Shown piece after piece: positions 51,421 through 64,000 of a stretch of DNA of 64,000 nucleotides. The stretch lies in contig NW_003314276.1 of NCBI RefSeq assembly GCF_000143415.4, positions 1,526,696-1,590,695 on the forward strand. The letters run 5' to 3'. Positions within the stretch are counted from its first letter, which is position 1, and the number at the start of each line of letters is the position of its first letter. Below the pieces are notes generated by a model that made no database searches, had not been told where the DNA came from, and saw nothing but the letters and a program-made list of their open reading frames with translations. The stretch is from Selaginella moellendorffii (taxonomy: Eukaryota; Plantae; Lycopodiophyta). A program made the position numbers and the translations under genes.

Positions 51421-54400
51421 AGCATATTCTATAGTATATAGTGTATTCTAGGGTTTCAAGGTCAGCACATACCTCTCCTCCACATTTTTGGTGCACCAGA
51501 CAGGGTAGAGTGACTTCTTGGCTTGTTCACCCTTTCAATTTGCAAAAGGATTGAGAGGAATGGAAGTGAAAAGTTGAGGTTTTTGGTGATTTGATGTATG
51601 GATTTTAGAGCAAGAATTCTTGCAAGATATAGAGTGGATTGAGTTGATTCTTGTTGCAAAGGAGGTGCGACATTATGATCTATCCAAAATGGCTAGGTTA
51701 TGTAGGGATTTAAGGATTTTGATGTCATGTTCTTTCCTTTGTTTCTTGTTGGATCTATGTTGGATTTGATAATGGGGTATATGGGTGGAAACACCTGGTC
51801 TTGAGCTGTCTAGAAAGTGTTTTCTTGATTAATTTGGTGATGCAATGAGTTGCATGCAAGTGATTGTTTCGTCATCAAATTATCTCAAAGTGATTTGAGA
51901 TTTTTAGTGTTTGGTGCAGTGATTTGAGCTAATTCACACATTTGATTTCATCATGGCTAAGCTTAATGTGTACAAGATGCAATTGCAAATCTATGTGTAT
52001 CATATCTGCTTCAAACAACAGTGAGAGCATGGACATGTAATGCAATGAAGCTCAGGTGGTAAAGGTGTGTGTATCTATTTTGGCTCACAAAGTTTGTGGG
52101 AAGTGCTTAAAGAAGCTGGACAAATTTATACAATATGTTATCACTCAAGAACACAAGAGGTATGAGGACTGTCATATAGTGTATTGGTAGAGATCTACTC
52201 CTTCCTCTACTTAAATGCTCTCTGATGGCACTTTCAAGGAAAGTCAGTAGCAGATGACTGAGAGGTTAAATTGGATAGAAATAGAGACAACTTCATTGAG
52301 GCAACAATAGGCTGGCCATGGCCAAGGATACTTTGGTTGGGGGCAAGGACCAGTTGATTCTGCTTAGGAGTAGGGCTATAACCAAATTCCACCACCATGA
52401 GGTTACTTAGATAATGCAAATGCCAACACCTGGTATCCACCCCAATATGAGTTTTGTCAGTTTTATGGTCATGATAAGGAACCTTACAGAGAAAAACAAG
52501 AATATATGGCATGGGGAAACTATGCTATTTTTTCCACACCTACTCCTTGGCCTCCACAGCAGCAAATTTTTCAGCACAAGCCATGCATAGTTGGTCCAAA
52601 ACCAAGTCAGAACAGAAAGGAAAAGCTCCGGCAGGTTCAGTGAATCTTGTTTACTTCTTAGGACCACATGACTTCATGGATGATCATATTGGGTGGATTG
52701 GTTGCTCACATATATGGATAAGACAGTTCAAGTAATATTGGTTATCAAGTCTTGTAGCAACATGGTTGGCAAGGAGGCATGGGCCTTGGATCTTCTGGAT
52801 AAGGGTGCTTATATCCGATTGAGCCAGTCACCATAGTGAATAGACAGGGTGTGGGAATAGAGATCATCTTAGGTGTCCTTGACTCACAGGTGCAATATGT
52901 TGAAATGTAAACAAAGTCTGAAGACACACCAGATTCCCCCTACAACTTGCTATCACCACACAAAGGTAGGAGGCATACTATTGCCACTTTTAGTAGACGA
53001 TGCTTTGCCTTCATGTCAATCGGTCTCAATGAAGAAGGCTGTTTATTACAAATTGTAACTCAAGCTCAGCCACTAGTAGTTGTTGAGTTGGAAGCTGAAA
53101 AGCTAGTAGTCACCCAAGTTGACGAGTTGATGATTTTGTCATCCTTTAGATCTCACTACAACTCCCACTTTCTATATATTCTCTAAGTTAAAAGGATGTC
53201 TGTAACAGCATGCCAAACATATCTATGTAAACCTGAAAGCTAACTTCTGAAAATAATATATTGAGCTTTCCACACTCAAGGGCATAAAAATTGTTCTAGC
53301 TATTTAAAAACTGGAGACTTCATAGGAATTTCATTAGAACAATCTCAATGGAACAAAGAGTAGAGGGTAAGAGGCCATAGTGGCAACACCATTACCCATT
53401 AATATTCAATGCTATGCAATCTAACAAGCACTTAACCTTATTAGGTGCTACGCTTAGCATTCATAGAATTAAAGACAAACCAGTCATAAAAAAGAAATTG
53501 CATAAAAACTATAAAAAATAAAAGAAACCATGTTGCTGTTTGGCATAACAAATTCTTCAGTAATATAGTTGCCTTCTATGGTTAATTCTCTTAGATTGCA
53601 TCATGTCTATTGACTCTTTGCTCTTGAAAAACTTAACATTCCCAATTTTCTCTTCAAAATAAAGCATTTAAAAATTCTTAAGAAAGTAATTATCATTTGC
53701 AAACACAAACTCTAAAATATAATCATGCACTTTCCAACATATTCAAAATAAACAATGTATTTATACCATGATTTTAATTATAACATTGATTGGTTGTGAA
53801 ACTTTAAGACATTTCTTTGAAAACTAAAAAGGCTGACTAAGAGTTATATTTTATTTCCTTTTAAAGTGAAACTATACATATATTTGGAATAAAAAACAAC
53901 AGCACAATTAAAAGAAACAACATTTTCTAAGTATTCTATATTATTGACATGATTATATTCCTCCATTTTTTTAAATTTTGTATAGTGATATAACCATTTC
54001 CAGGTGCATTGATCAAGTCTCCAACTTTTGCAGAAAAAAAGGGGGAGAAAGAGAAGAAAGGAGGAGGATAAACAGATCACATGAGATGAGCTATTGATCA
54101 CAAGCAGCATGGAGCTCCAGAGCATGCATCAAGAGCACTAGGGAAGGAGTGAGAGAAACAAAGAGAGAGATACCTCACGCATTCGTATCGGGCGCTTGGC
54201 CCAGCGCTTGTGAAATTGCCCAAGGAGGAAAATAAAAGTAATAGATGAGACTAAGTAATTCATATTATGAAAAGAAACACAACACAAGTTATGGTAATAA
54301 AAGCAAAGGTAAATTTTATGAAATTTGCTAGATCAGAATTTATCTGAAATGGGAAAGCAACTGCTTTCCCTGAAGTCTTGACTGATGCCCATGTAAGAGG

Positions 54401-55231
54401 ATGAAATCAGATCCGCCAGACATCGCGCAGCGGCAGCTGCTGCAACACCTCCTCCTCAATCTCTTGATTCATTTGCAACCTAATGATCTTAACCTATTCT
54501 TAAAAGGTAATCATAAGGAGTGATGTTCTTCATGAACTCGTCCTGCATTGAATTCTGGAGCTCTTCCAGTGTGAGCGAGTAGATTGATCCCTGGCAGCAA
54601 ATGCCTTCATTTAAAGGAGGATGGAGCATCGCCTTGGAGAAGCCATGTCTTCTTCTTCTTCTTCTTCTTCCTCTTTCTTCTTGATGTGATGCTACTAAGA
54701 AAGATTGGATCCTGTCTAGCTCTCTCACTCACTCATCAATGAGACTACCCTGATCGGCACTGAGGAAAGAAAAAACGAAGAAAAACAACTCTGCATGAGT
54801 TTTTTAAACTGTGAAGAAGGGATGAGAAGGAAAAAAGGGGAGAAAGAGAAGAAAGGAGGGAGGATCTAAGCTCACAAATCAGGAATGCACAAGAGCTAAG
54901 AGGAAACAAGATGCATTCAGGACAGGATCAGTAAGAGTGGCATCAAAATTTCCAATACATTTAGAATATGCCTGGATATTCTAACATATTACAGTAGATA
55001 TACATTTAGATTAATCTTATGTTTATAATTTATAAACCTTTAAAAACACTTCTAGGTATATTCTAGCATATTTTATGATCTAACGGTTATAATTTACTTA
55101 GATTTGGTTATAATAAAAGATTACATTAAAAGATATGAATATATTTGAAAGTCAAGCCATTGCCCATCACCTCATAGATTATATACAAATGCAACAAAAA
55201 GATATAATGCTTGATTCTTAGACTTTTATTA

Positions 55232-55460
55232 CACTTACAAGTGCATCATAGGTCTAGTCTGGGAGGCTGGAGGAGGCTGAGGAGTTAGTGAGATCCATCC
55301 CTGATTCATCGGCATGGATGAAGATCTTTGGCACATGCTGGCTCCAAAACGATTGCATTAGATCCATGAGAGCTGCTGAGTTTGCCCTTGATGCCAGAAA
55401 ATCCAATCCCTTTATCCTGCTTGCCAACATTTGTTCTAGCATAATTTTAAGTAATAAAGA
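55232..55460 (+). pseudogene. PPR E-domain remnant
   Basis: 'SGRLEEAEELVRSIPDSSAWMKIFGTC...FILLANI' with no upstream PPR array. Confidence 0.7.
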
Positions 55461-56033
55461 AAATTATCAAGATCCAGGTGACACAGCAGCTAATCTCCAC
55501 TAATCAACACTTTGCACATCACATGCATCACAGCACCTTCTTCTATTAGCCCCATGCGATTGGCCACCTCCCATTGGCTAAGAGCAAACATTACTATGAT
55601 TATTCATTAAGACATTGTTAAGAAAATAACCTTTTAACAGTTACCCCCATTAGATGGCTGCCATTAGTTGGATCTGGCAGCCCAAAAAGTTTGGCAAATC
55701 CTCATTATTATAGATGTTTAAACTTTTGGCCCCATACTTCAGTGCAGAAATAACAATGATGTCATATTTGGTTTGTATGAGCTGCTTCCACACACAAAAG
55801 TTAGCTTGATTGGTTTTGAGAAAAAAATTATTCACAACTTATGAAGAATGCATATATTCAAGTACTATGGTGGATAACTTTTGCATAATTAATTTTGTAT
55901 GCTGTATAACTACATTTACAATGATGAAAAACTTAAAATGAACTTATCCAAAATGTTGAAGTGATTATTTTTTACTAATTGCAAAGTGATCTGCAACATT
56001 ACAATATTATATTTAATCTTAGTCCTTCCCCAT

Positions 56034-56353
56034 TGTCGAAGGACCCATTTAGCTGAACAAAGCATCCAGAATCCATTATCCTCCACACCCTGCCCTTGTA
56101 AATCTTGTAGAGCTCTAGCCTGGACTCGGGCTCCCGACAATGGTCTTCCTCGTCTCTGCTGCTTCTCCCACTGCTCCTGCTATCCGTATCCCTATGCCTT
56201 TCTCCATCTCGATCCTGCTCACAATCCCTCTCCTCTTTATCTCGCTCCTTCCCTCTAACATTCTCCCTCCCCTGATGTCTATCCTTGTCTTTCCTCACGG
56301 GCGGGAAAATGGCATGAATGACAAGTACTCAAGCTTCTCCTGGAGCTCCATCA
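56034..56353 (-). pseudogene. Truncated duplicate of the PRP22 5' end
   Basis: Near-identical to 18077-18574, but lacks ~178 bp (about 18364-18541) and breaks off inside the S1 domain. Confidence 0.9.
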
Positions 56354-57965
56354 CTGCAGCTCTGCCCTAGCCCTAGAAATCCCGCCTTTATAGACCTTGT
56401 TTTAATCTTTATATATACTTACTAAACTTTTAGGGCTGTTTATTCAGTTGAGCAAACTTTATTCCTTCACTCTTTTTGTTCACTGAATGTTCAAAAATTG
56501 ATACTTTAGAGATCCACCTAATCAGTGTGGGGGCTTTTGCTGTTGCTTGAAAGGGTCTACAAAGGTCCCTGATGTTGATTTTGCAAAGACCACCCAATAA
56601 TCAGGGCAACACTCTTCCTCTTGTTTGAAAAAATTGGGTTTGTGAGTGAGGCATATTAGCAACTTAAGTTTACACTTTGAAGTTGTAGGGCCTATTGGTG
56701 GTGACCATTAGTTATTCCATGTTACCATAGGTAAAAGTAAACCTTCATTGGGTGCTATGAGTGGTGAAGAGTTCCTTAGCATGACATAAGTATGAGTATG
56801 AGTGGATCAATCAAAATTGTAGGGATTAATCTATTAATTTAGGTAATCATTGTTGTGCTCTTTTGTAAACTTTTTTTATATTGGACTGAAAGCAATGCAA
56901 ATGCAAGTTTAAAGACTAGTTAAAATTTGAGTCCAAAAAGAGAGTCATCAAAGATGAAGAATCAAGTATGTAAAATATTTTTTCTTCTTCGAAAGATGAT
57001 TTGGCAAAGAGATATGATATCATTGTTTGTATTCACATTATGCAATTAAAAGTCTTTACCTTAATGCATGTTAGTTATAACAGTCTTATAAGTGGTGAGT
57101 CATGGGATGGATAGTAGTGAAGCGCTAAACCATTTTTTGTAGGTTTGCTATTGGAAAGCTTGAGTTGCAATGCTTAATTATTTTTTAAGGAACTATTGCA
57201 AATGTGACTATGGGTATTGAAAGTTACTTGTTGGCAAGTTCTTTTAAATATTATTTCCTTAGTGCCATAACGGCAGAAGGTAAGGATTGGTAAACCCTTT
57301 ATTAGTCTCAACTTAAGCTAGTTGAGAAACTAGTTATCATGTATGTACTTATGCCAAATAAATATAAAGTAGGAATTTTTATACATTTCTTGCTGAACAT
57401 ATTTAGCTTGGTATGAAAAACTCATATTTTAACTGCACTTGTTAGTGTTGGGAACCCCCATGATATTGAGCTTGATTCCTCAATATTTGCTAAATGATAA
57501 ATTACCATGTCCGCCAAAAAACACTCTCGCTATTATACCCTATATGTTATGAAAAGTGTCTAGATTGGTTATTTAGGCATATCTATGGAATGTAGATATT
57601 GTTTTAAACATGATGATGTTGCTCTTGTATCTAAATTTGCAATCTACCGCCATTTCATATTTAGTAAGTTTTCATGATTGTCCTAAAGATTAACTCCTGA
57701 GATTGGGGTAAAAGCCCAAAATGTACATTCCTTAGAGAAAGGGTTTTAAATGTATAGTAGGAAGTTGGGCATGGTTAACCAACCTAAGGCATAGTTTAGC
57801 TTCTACTTATATGTCTATCCTTGTTTTGCATTCAATTTATTATAGCCTAACTTAAAAGGAAAACATGGGTCTAAGCCCAAACTCCATACTATGCTAGTTG
57901 ATGAAGTACCTATATCTTTACATTAGGCCATTAGTATGTTGAAATATCACCAAACTTTGTTTAGC

Positions 57966-60058
57966 TGTAACACATGTGGTTTTTACCCTTTATCCTATGG
58001 TGATTTACCATAGGATAACCACAAAGTGGAACTTAAACCCTCTATGTACCACGTGTCACATGCTATATGCCACATGCCACATTTCCAATGACAGCAGAGT
58101 GGAATCTAAGTTTCAAGGCCTTGGGCCACTAAACGACAAAACAGAGACAAACTCCTAAGCAAGGAGCCAAAGAGCAATAGAATCGGAGTATAGAGCAACT
58201 TTTGAGCATACAGCCCAAGGAATATAGGGATAGGAGCATGAAGCATCTTGGAATAGTTTTAGAGCATCTAGCATTCTAATGCTAGGATCAATATGCAAAA
58301 CAGAGCCAAATAGTATTTAACACTATTTTAGCATACCGGTGGCCTAACGCAAGGATATGGGTACTCCATCAGCTAGCATGGTTTAGAACTTGGGCTTAGA
58401 CCCAAGCCAAATGTAAAACAAAGACAAATATGCATATATAAGCTAAACTATGTCTTAGATTGGTTGGCCATGCCTAACTTACCTACTATATATTTGTATA
58501 TATTTGGAAACCGCCCCCCCCCTTTCTTGAGGAATGCACGTTTTGTTACCCATCCTTAGTACCAAGAGTTAGTCTTTGGGACTAATTCAAAATTTACTAA
58601 ATATGGAATGTCTTTAGATTGCGAATTTAGATACAAGACGACACTATTGTATTTAGGACAATCTTTACATTTTATAGATATGCCAAATGAGCAAATTTAG
58701 ACACTTTCTATAAATAGCAATTGGGACTGAATAGTACTAACAAAGTGCATGATAACAAAGGTATTTGGCAGACACGGTAAGCTATCATCTAACGAATATT
58801 GAAGGACCAAACTCAATATTGCAAGAGTTCCCAACATTAGTAAGTGCAAGTCAACATCATGAGTTTCTTATCACTATGTCAAGTATGCTTGACTAAATGA
58901 TAACTTAGGGTTTCCTTCCTTAGTGCCCTTCCGGTCTAAGTGCATATGTGATGACCAATTTCTCAACTAACTTAGACGGAGATTGATAAAGGAACAATAC
59001 CAACTTTTTGCCATCGTGGCAATAAGGAAAGAATATCCGAAATGACTAATTAATAAGTAACTTTCAATACCTAGAGTCATTACTCCTATCCTTTAGCTCT
59101 TTAGGGTGTATGTTAGAAAGTTGTTCTATGCTCTGCTTTTTTAGCTCCTTAGAAGTTTAGCTTTGTCCTTTCATTCAATGGCCCAAAGCCCTAAAACTTG
59201 GGTTCCACTTTATTGTTATTGAACACATGGCATATAAAAGGTTTAAGTTCCACTTTGTGGTAATTTTATAGTAAATCACTATAGAATAAAGAGTGAAAAC
59301 CACATGTGTTACATTTGTTATTAGAGAATGAGTTTCAATAAGTACTATCCAATAAGCTAGTGCAACTAATCTCGTTATATATGTAGAGATGAAAACAATT
59401 ATCCAAGTGGATACACATTTGGGTATTATGACTTTGCATTTATTCCTTATGTATGGATTTTGGTTGCCTTTTATACCAAAATATATTTGTTTTTGCTTAG
59501 GCTTATAAGTTGGATGTGAGATGTTCCATTTGCATGAGTTTGTGCTTAGGCTCATTAGTAAGGCACATTAACAACTCAAGCTTGTATATTGAGTTGACAA
59601 GATTAATATTAACCTATCGGTAGTTACCATGAGTTGTTCCATATTACCGTGGGAATAAACCTCCCTTGGGTTTGCTATAAGTGGCAAATAAATTGGTTTA
59701 TAGTTATTTAGCTAGTGGATCTTATACACTTTTGTTTGATTAGACTGAAGACAATGCAAATGCAAGTTTGAAGTTTGGTCAAAGTTGAGTCCAAAAGAGA
59801 GTCATTAGACACTAAGGATCAAAAATGTAAATTATTTTCTTATTTTGGAGAGATAGTTTATAATGAGATATGAACTTATTGCTCATGTTCACATAATGCT
59901 CTTGATGCATGTTAGTTATGATGGTCTTCTAAGTAGTGAATCATAAGATGGATAACAATGAAGCATTAAACTATTTTATCTAGGCTTGATATTGAAGATT
60001 TAGGATACAATCCTTAATTATTTTCTAAGGAACCTTATTATTGCTCCTTAAGTAGCTT
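57966..60058. mobile_element. Degenerate LTR (57966-~59082) plus an inverted LTR piece, decayed PBS and internal fragment of the 26420-46882 family
   Basis: 57966-59082 is colinear with 45739-46875. 59313-60058 matches the reverse complement of ~44885-45740. Confidence 0.8.
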
Positions 60059-60127
60059 GCTTACAAACCTAAGAAAATTATAAATCTATGAAACTCTTTC
60101 TAGATTTCTAAATAGCTTGTTACATAG

Positions 60128-62226
60128 AGAACAAGGAGAATTGTCAGCCAGGGGCTCAATACTGCCTAGCTATAATCATTTGTTCTCTAACAAAACTGTG
60201 AGTCACCAGCTATAAATCTTTCTTCTTTAAGCAGTTTGCATTTACTTTTGGCTGTTATGCACCAAGTAACTGTCAACTATCTGGTTTTATACCTGACCTA
60301 GGAAATCTTACCCAGCTCACACATTTGTAAGCTTGCAGGAAGGTGTACAACTTGTAAGATGTATCTAATGAACGGTGTTATTGCAGGGATTTGAGTTTCA
60401 TTTGATAGTCTTAGCAGACTGTAAGGTTTTTCATCTATTGAGTTAAATCTAAACGGGAAGCCAAGCATTTTTAGTTTCTTGGGAAGTAACAATCTAGCAA
60501 GGGGCCTTCCGAACAAGCTATCGAGGATCATCGACATGTACGTAGACTGCAAAATCGTTCTCCTCTTCTAACCAAGTTATATATATACAGAGATGTATCG
60601 TTCAACAGGCTGATTGGACCTTTCCCTCAAATAACCGAGTACGTGTTTTTATTCTAAGCAACATGCTATTAATTTTTCTAAACGTGCACAGGAATGCTAC
60701 CATTATTGGCAATCAGTTCCAAGTTAATAGAACTCAAGGGTAAGGTTCTCTTCCTGTTTCAAGAAGGTTCATCTCACCATGTTCTCGTTGCAGGCAACAT
60801 GGGAATGCTGCTACATGTATACAGGATATAGCAAACTGCAGCAATGTGAACCAAAGAAACGATATTTGCTGCATATAAAGTCTTCGATTGATTTAGACAT
60901 ATTTCCTTCTCAGGTTTTCAATTCGCCATCAACTGTGGAGGACCTCAGACCACTTCGGATGGGACAGATTTTAACGCAGACATGCCAAGGTCTTTAATGC
61001 ACGGGGACTCCTATCTGGTTGGCAGGCTGTACTGTATCGAACCGCCAGAGCTGTGCCAACATCTTTGAGGTACCTCGGAGTTGGCATGCGAAGTGGCTCA
61101 TACACAGTACACCTCCACTTTGCAGAGATTATCATCGGCACTGGCCAGGACGGGCCAGGAGTCGGTCGACGGTATTTTGACGTCTTTATCCAAGCTCAAA
61201 GATTTCAACATAAGGGAAGAAGCCAATGGGTCTCTTAGAGCTTTGACAAGGAGCTTCACTGCCGTTAATGTATCTAATGGCGTTCTGGACATTCATCTTC
61301 TTTGGATGGGAAAAGGAACATGTTGTGCTCCATTCAGATCTTCGGTCCTCTGATATCCGCAATCCAAGTTCTACCTGGTAAGTGTTAGATACTGCTGAAG
61401 TTTGTCATCGTTCTAAACTTGCGTTTAACAGAATTTGAAACTGGTGGCGCAAGTCAGAGCGAAAACAGTTCCAGAGGCGTAAAAATAGGTGTTTGGAATC
61501 TCCCTGCCACTGGTGCTCTTTGTGGTCTCCGGTTATTTGTTGTGCAGGAAACGACACATAAAAAACTCAGAGAACGACAATGAAGATCATTTTTTGTTAA
61601 TGTTTTTGCGGATTATTCATAATAATGCTCTGTGCGATGCAGACTTCAAACTTCTAGACGGAAAGCTGCATATGTTTTCTTACAATGAAATAAAAAACGC
61701 TACGGCAGGATTTGACCCCGCGAAGGTCTACAGGGTAAAGTTTTCTTTATGCAGAAAGTGAAAAAAGTGTTTGGACTTTCAGGGGGTATTATCTGATGGT
61801 ATGTTAGTAGCGATCAAGCAGCTTAATAAGATGAGCGACAACACGGGCGATTTCGTGAACGAGGCCACACTTATCTCCACAGTGCAGCATCGCAATCTAG
61901 TCAAGCTCTATGGATGCTGCACCGAAGGAAACAATTGGATTCTTGTTTTCGAGTTTATGGAAAACAAATATCTGCATCAGGTGCTCTTGAGTAAGTACTT
62001 TAATCTAATGCTTCCCTCATGCTTCATGTATTCTGTAGGTCCCTCGGGGCGAAATATACACCTCAGCTGGCCAACTCGCTTCAACATATGCGTTGGAGTC
62101 GCAAGAGGGCTCGCCCATTTGCACGAGGAGTCGTCACCGCGTATTATACATCGAGACATCAAATCTACCAATGTACTTTTGGATCAAGCTCTGGTGGCAA
62201 AGATAGCGGACTTTGACTCGCCATGA
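60128..62226 (+). pseudogene. 3' part of an LRR-malectin receptor kinase (late LRR exons, malectin, TM, truncated kinase)
   Basis: 'NCQLSGFIPDLGNLTQLTHL', 'FLGSNNLARGLP', 'DVSFNRLIGPFP', 'AINCGG', 'SLRYLGVGMRSGSYTVHLHFAEI', 'VQHRNLVKLYGCC', 'IIHRDIKSTNVLLD...KIADF'. Frameshifts and deletions present; the kinase ends at DF. Confidence 0.88.
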
Positions 62227-62543
62227 AGAGGATCTTCTTTGGCAAACAATGGTATTCTTCCAAGGTAGAGTCTCCATGTCTCTCGAGTTTTGAGTTTCCA
62301 GGACAATGATGCCGAGGACTTTACGACAGTAAACTTCCAAGGCAGAGTGGAAATCAAGGTCCAAGTTCTGAACATCCAGGACGATGCAAAGGTATACTTC
62401 CTAAGGTAGAGTCTATATCTCTTAAGTTTTAATTACAACAGTAATACTTCCTAATGTAGAGTAGGAAACAAGCTCCATATCTCTCGAATCTTGAGCTTTA
62501 TCAGCGAAATAGATAGGGAAAATGCTATAGAGATGGCAGGAAT

Positions 62544-64000
62544 ATGCCCAACCCCGGCATCTTGAAAGCCCTCCAAAGCATTGACAGTGGCATCGCGGCC
62601 GCCAGTTCCGACACGTACGCGTCTCTCCTCCGTGGATGCCGCCGCATCAGCGAGGTCTCGCTCATCCATGCTCACGTCTCCAGCAATGGCTGGATCCGCA
62701 AGGCCTTCGTCGCGAATCTCGTCGTACAGATGTACGGCGCCCTCGGCGGCGCTGGCGACGCGTGGCAAGCCTTCTCTACAATGCCCACCAGGAATCTTTT
62801 CTCCTGGAACATCACTCTGGGCGCACACACGCGGCACGAGGAGCTGGAATATGCCAGGAACCTCTTTCGAAAGATGCCCAGCCACGATACCGTGTCGTGG
62901 AATCTCATGTTTACAGCATATGCCCAATCCGGGCATCTTGCCGTTGCGAGGAATCTCTTTGATTCTATGCCCAGGAAGAGCCCCGTGTCTTGGAACTCGA
63001 TGGTGCAAGCCTACATTAGCCATGGATTCCTGGACGAGGCTAGGGTTTTGTTTGATCGCACTCCTGGAAAGAACGTCGTGTCCTGGAACGCTATGATCCA
63101 GGCGTATGCCGAGAGAGAGAATTTGCGGCGGTCAAGAGATCTCTTTGACAGAATGCCGCTCACGGATCTCATCTCCTGGACGACGATCGTCACGGGTCAC
63201 GTCGCGCAGGGCAAGATCGACGAGGGTAGGGTTTTGTTCCTAGCGATGCCGGAGAGGAGTGCTGTGGCTTGGAACGCGATGATCCAGGCGAGCTGCCAGG
63301 AAGGGGATGTGGATGCCGCGTCCGCGCTCTTCACGGCTATGCCGGCTGGACGGGATTGCAGCTCCTGGACGTCGATGATCTCTGGCTATGCCAGGAACAA
63401 TCGAATCGGGGCTGCGGTGGCGGTGTTTTGGCGAATGCCGGCGTGGAGTGTGATTTCCTGGAATGCCATGGCCATTGCGCTGGCCGAGAGCGGCGATCTC
63501 TCCTCGGCCAAGATTCTCTTCGATCGCATCCCAGAGAAGAACAGCGTCTCCTGGAACGCGATGATCCAGGGCTACACCGTGAGCGGGGATTTGATCGCCG
63601 CTATGGAGGTCTTCGATCGAATGCCGCAGCTCGACGTGATCTCCTTCACCACGATCGTCGCGGCGATCGCACAGGGCGGAGATCTGGATCGCGCCAGGGT
63701 GCTGTTCGATGCCATGCCAGAGCGAAATCTCGTGTCCTGGAACGCGATGATGGCCGGCTACGCCCAGAACGGCGATCCGAGCTCGGCTATGGTGCTGCTC
63801 AAGCTCCTGGATCAAGACGGCCTCCGGCCCAACGCCATCACTTTCGTCGTGGCGCTAGATTCGTGTGCCAATCTCGCGGCGCTGGCCCAGGGCAAGCTCC
63901 TCCTCGCCGAGATATCCCTCCTCCAGGACGAGCTGTGCCAGTCGATCGAGCTCGGCAACGCAGCGATCAATCTCCTCGGCAAATGCGGGCAGCTGGATCA
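62544..64000 (+). CDS. PLS-class pentatricopeptide repeat protein (runs off the window end)
   Basis: Manual translation from ATG 62544: MPNPGILKALQSIDSG...TYASLLRGC...VQMYG...NLFSWN...DTVSWN...NVVSWNAMIQAY. Open to 64000, so absent from the ORF track. Confidence 0.92.
   Translation, partial: MPNPGILKALQSIDSGIAAASSDTYASLLRGCRRISEVSLIHAHVSSNGWIRKAFVANLVVQMYGALGGAGDAWQAFSTMPTRNLFSWNITLGAHTRHEELEYARNLFRKMPSHDTVSWNLMFTAYAQSGHLAVARNLFDSMPRKSPVSWNSMVQAYISHGFLDEARVLFDRTPGKNVVSWNAMIQAYAERENLRRSRDLFDRMPLTDLISWTTIVTGHVAQGKIDEGRVLFLAMPERSAVAWNAMIQASCQEGDVDAASALFTAMPAGRDCSSWTSMISGYARNNRIGAAVAVFWRMPAWSVISWNAMAIALAESGDLSSAKILFDRIPEKNSVSWNAMIQGYTVSGDLIAAMEVFDRMPQLDVISFTTIVAAIAQGGDLDRARVLFDAMPERNLVSWNAMMAGYAQNGDPSSAMVLLKLLDQDGLRPNAITFVVALDSCANLAALAQGKLLLAEISLLQDELCQSIELGNAAINLLGKCGQLD

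Larger units (their letters stand above)
54420..58270 (+). repeat. Mosaic of local duplications
   Basis: 54420-54920 ~ 20525-21000; 54950-55235 and 55715-56010 ~ 46970-47670; 56034-58270 ~ 18077-20515. Confidence 0.9.

Noticed and set aside
51460-53200. Possible additional retroelement remnant
   Set aside because: Composition is suggestive, but no termini, TSD or clear protein motif could be identified.
62451-63815. Listed ORFs at 62451-63815
   Set aside because: Shadow frames of the PPR gene, whose true frame starts at 62544 and has no stop in the window.

Overview
Plant nuclear DNA, most likely a lycophyte such as Selaginella (inferred from ~50-bp introns, PLS-class PPR genes and gene/TE mix). 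Apparently intact host genes: two PPR genes at the window edges, a PRP22-type DEAH splicing helicase and a five-exon CYP72-clan P450. Pseudogene remnants: an LRR-malectin receptor kinase whose 5' exons (~2-2.9 kb) and 3' exons (~60.1-62.2 kb) lie 57 kb apart, a CHD3/PICKLE-like fragment, a PPR fragment and a truncated PRP22 duplicate. Most of the rest is nested transposons. The main discovery is a 13.2-kb DNA transposon (27242-40450; 24-bp TIRs, 4-bp TSD GAGG) inserted in one LTR of a non-coding LTR retroelement. It encodes a decayed Sola1/DUF7869-like DDD transposase and, divergently, a ParB-like plus degenerate N6/N4-methylase-like protein and an FCP1-like HAD phosphatase. More than 20 copies of a 22-bp palindrome (ATGGCRTGWGGCCWCAYGCCAT) are scattered through it. 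A 287-bp MITE (5345-5631) with related TIRs keeps two of these palindromes. All domain calls are by-eye motif recognition; no searches were run.
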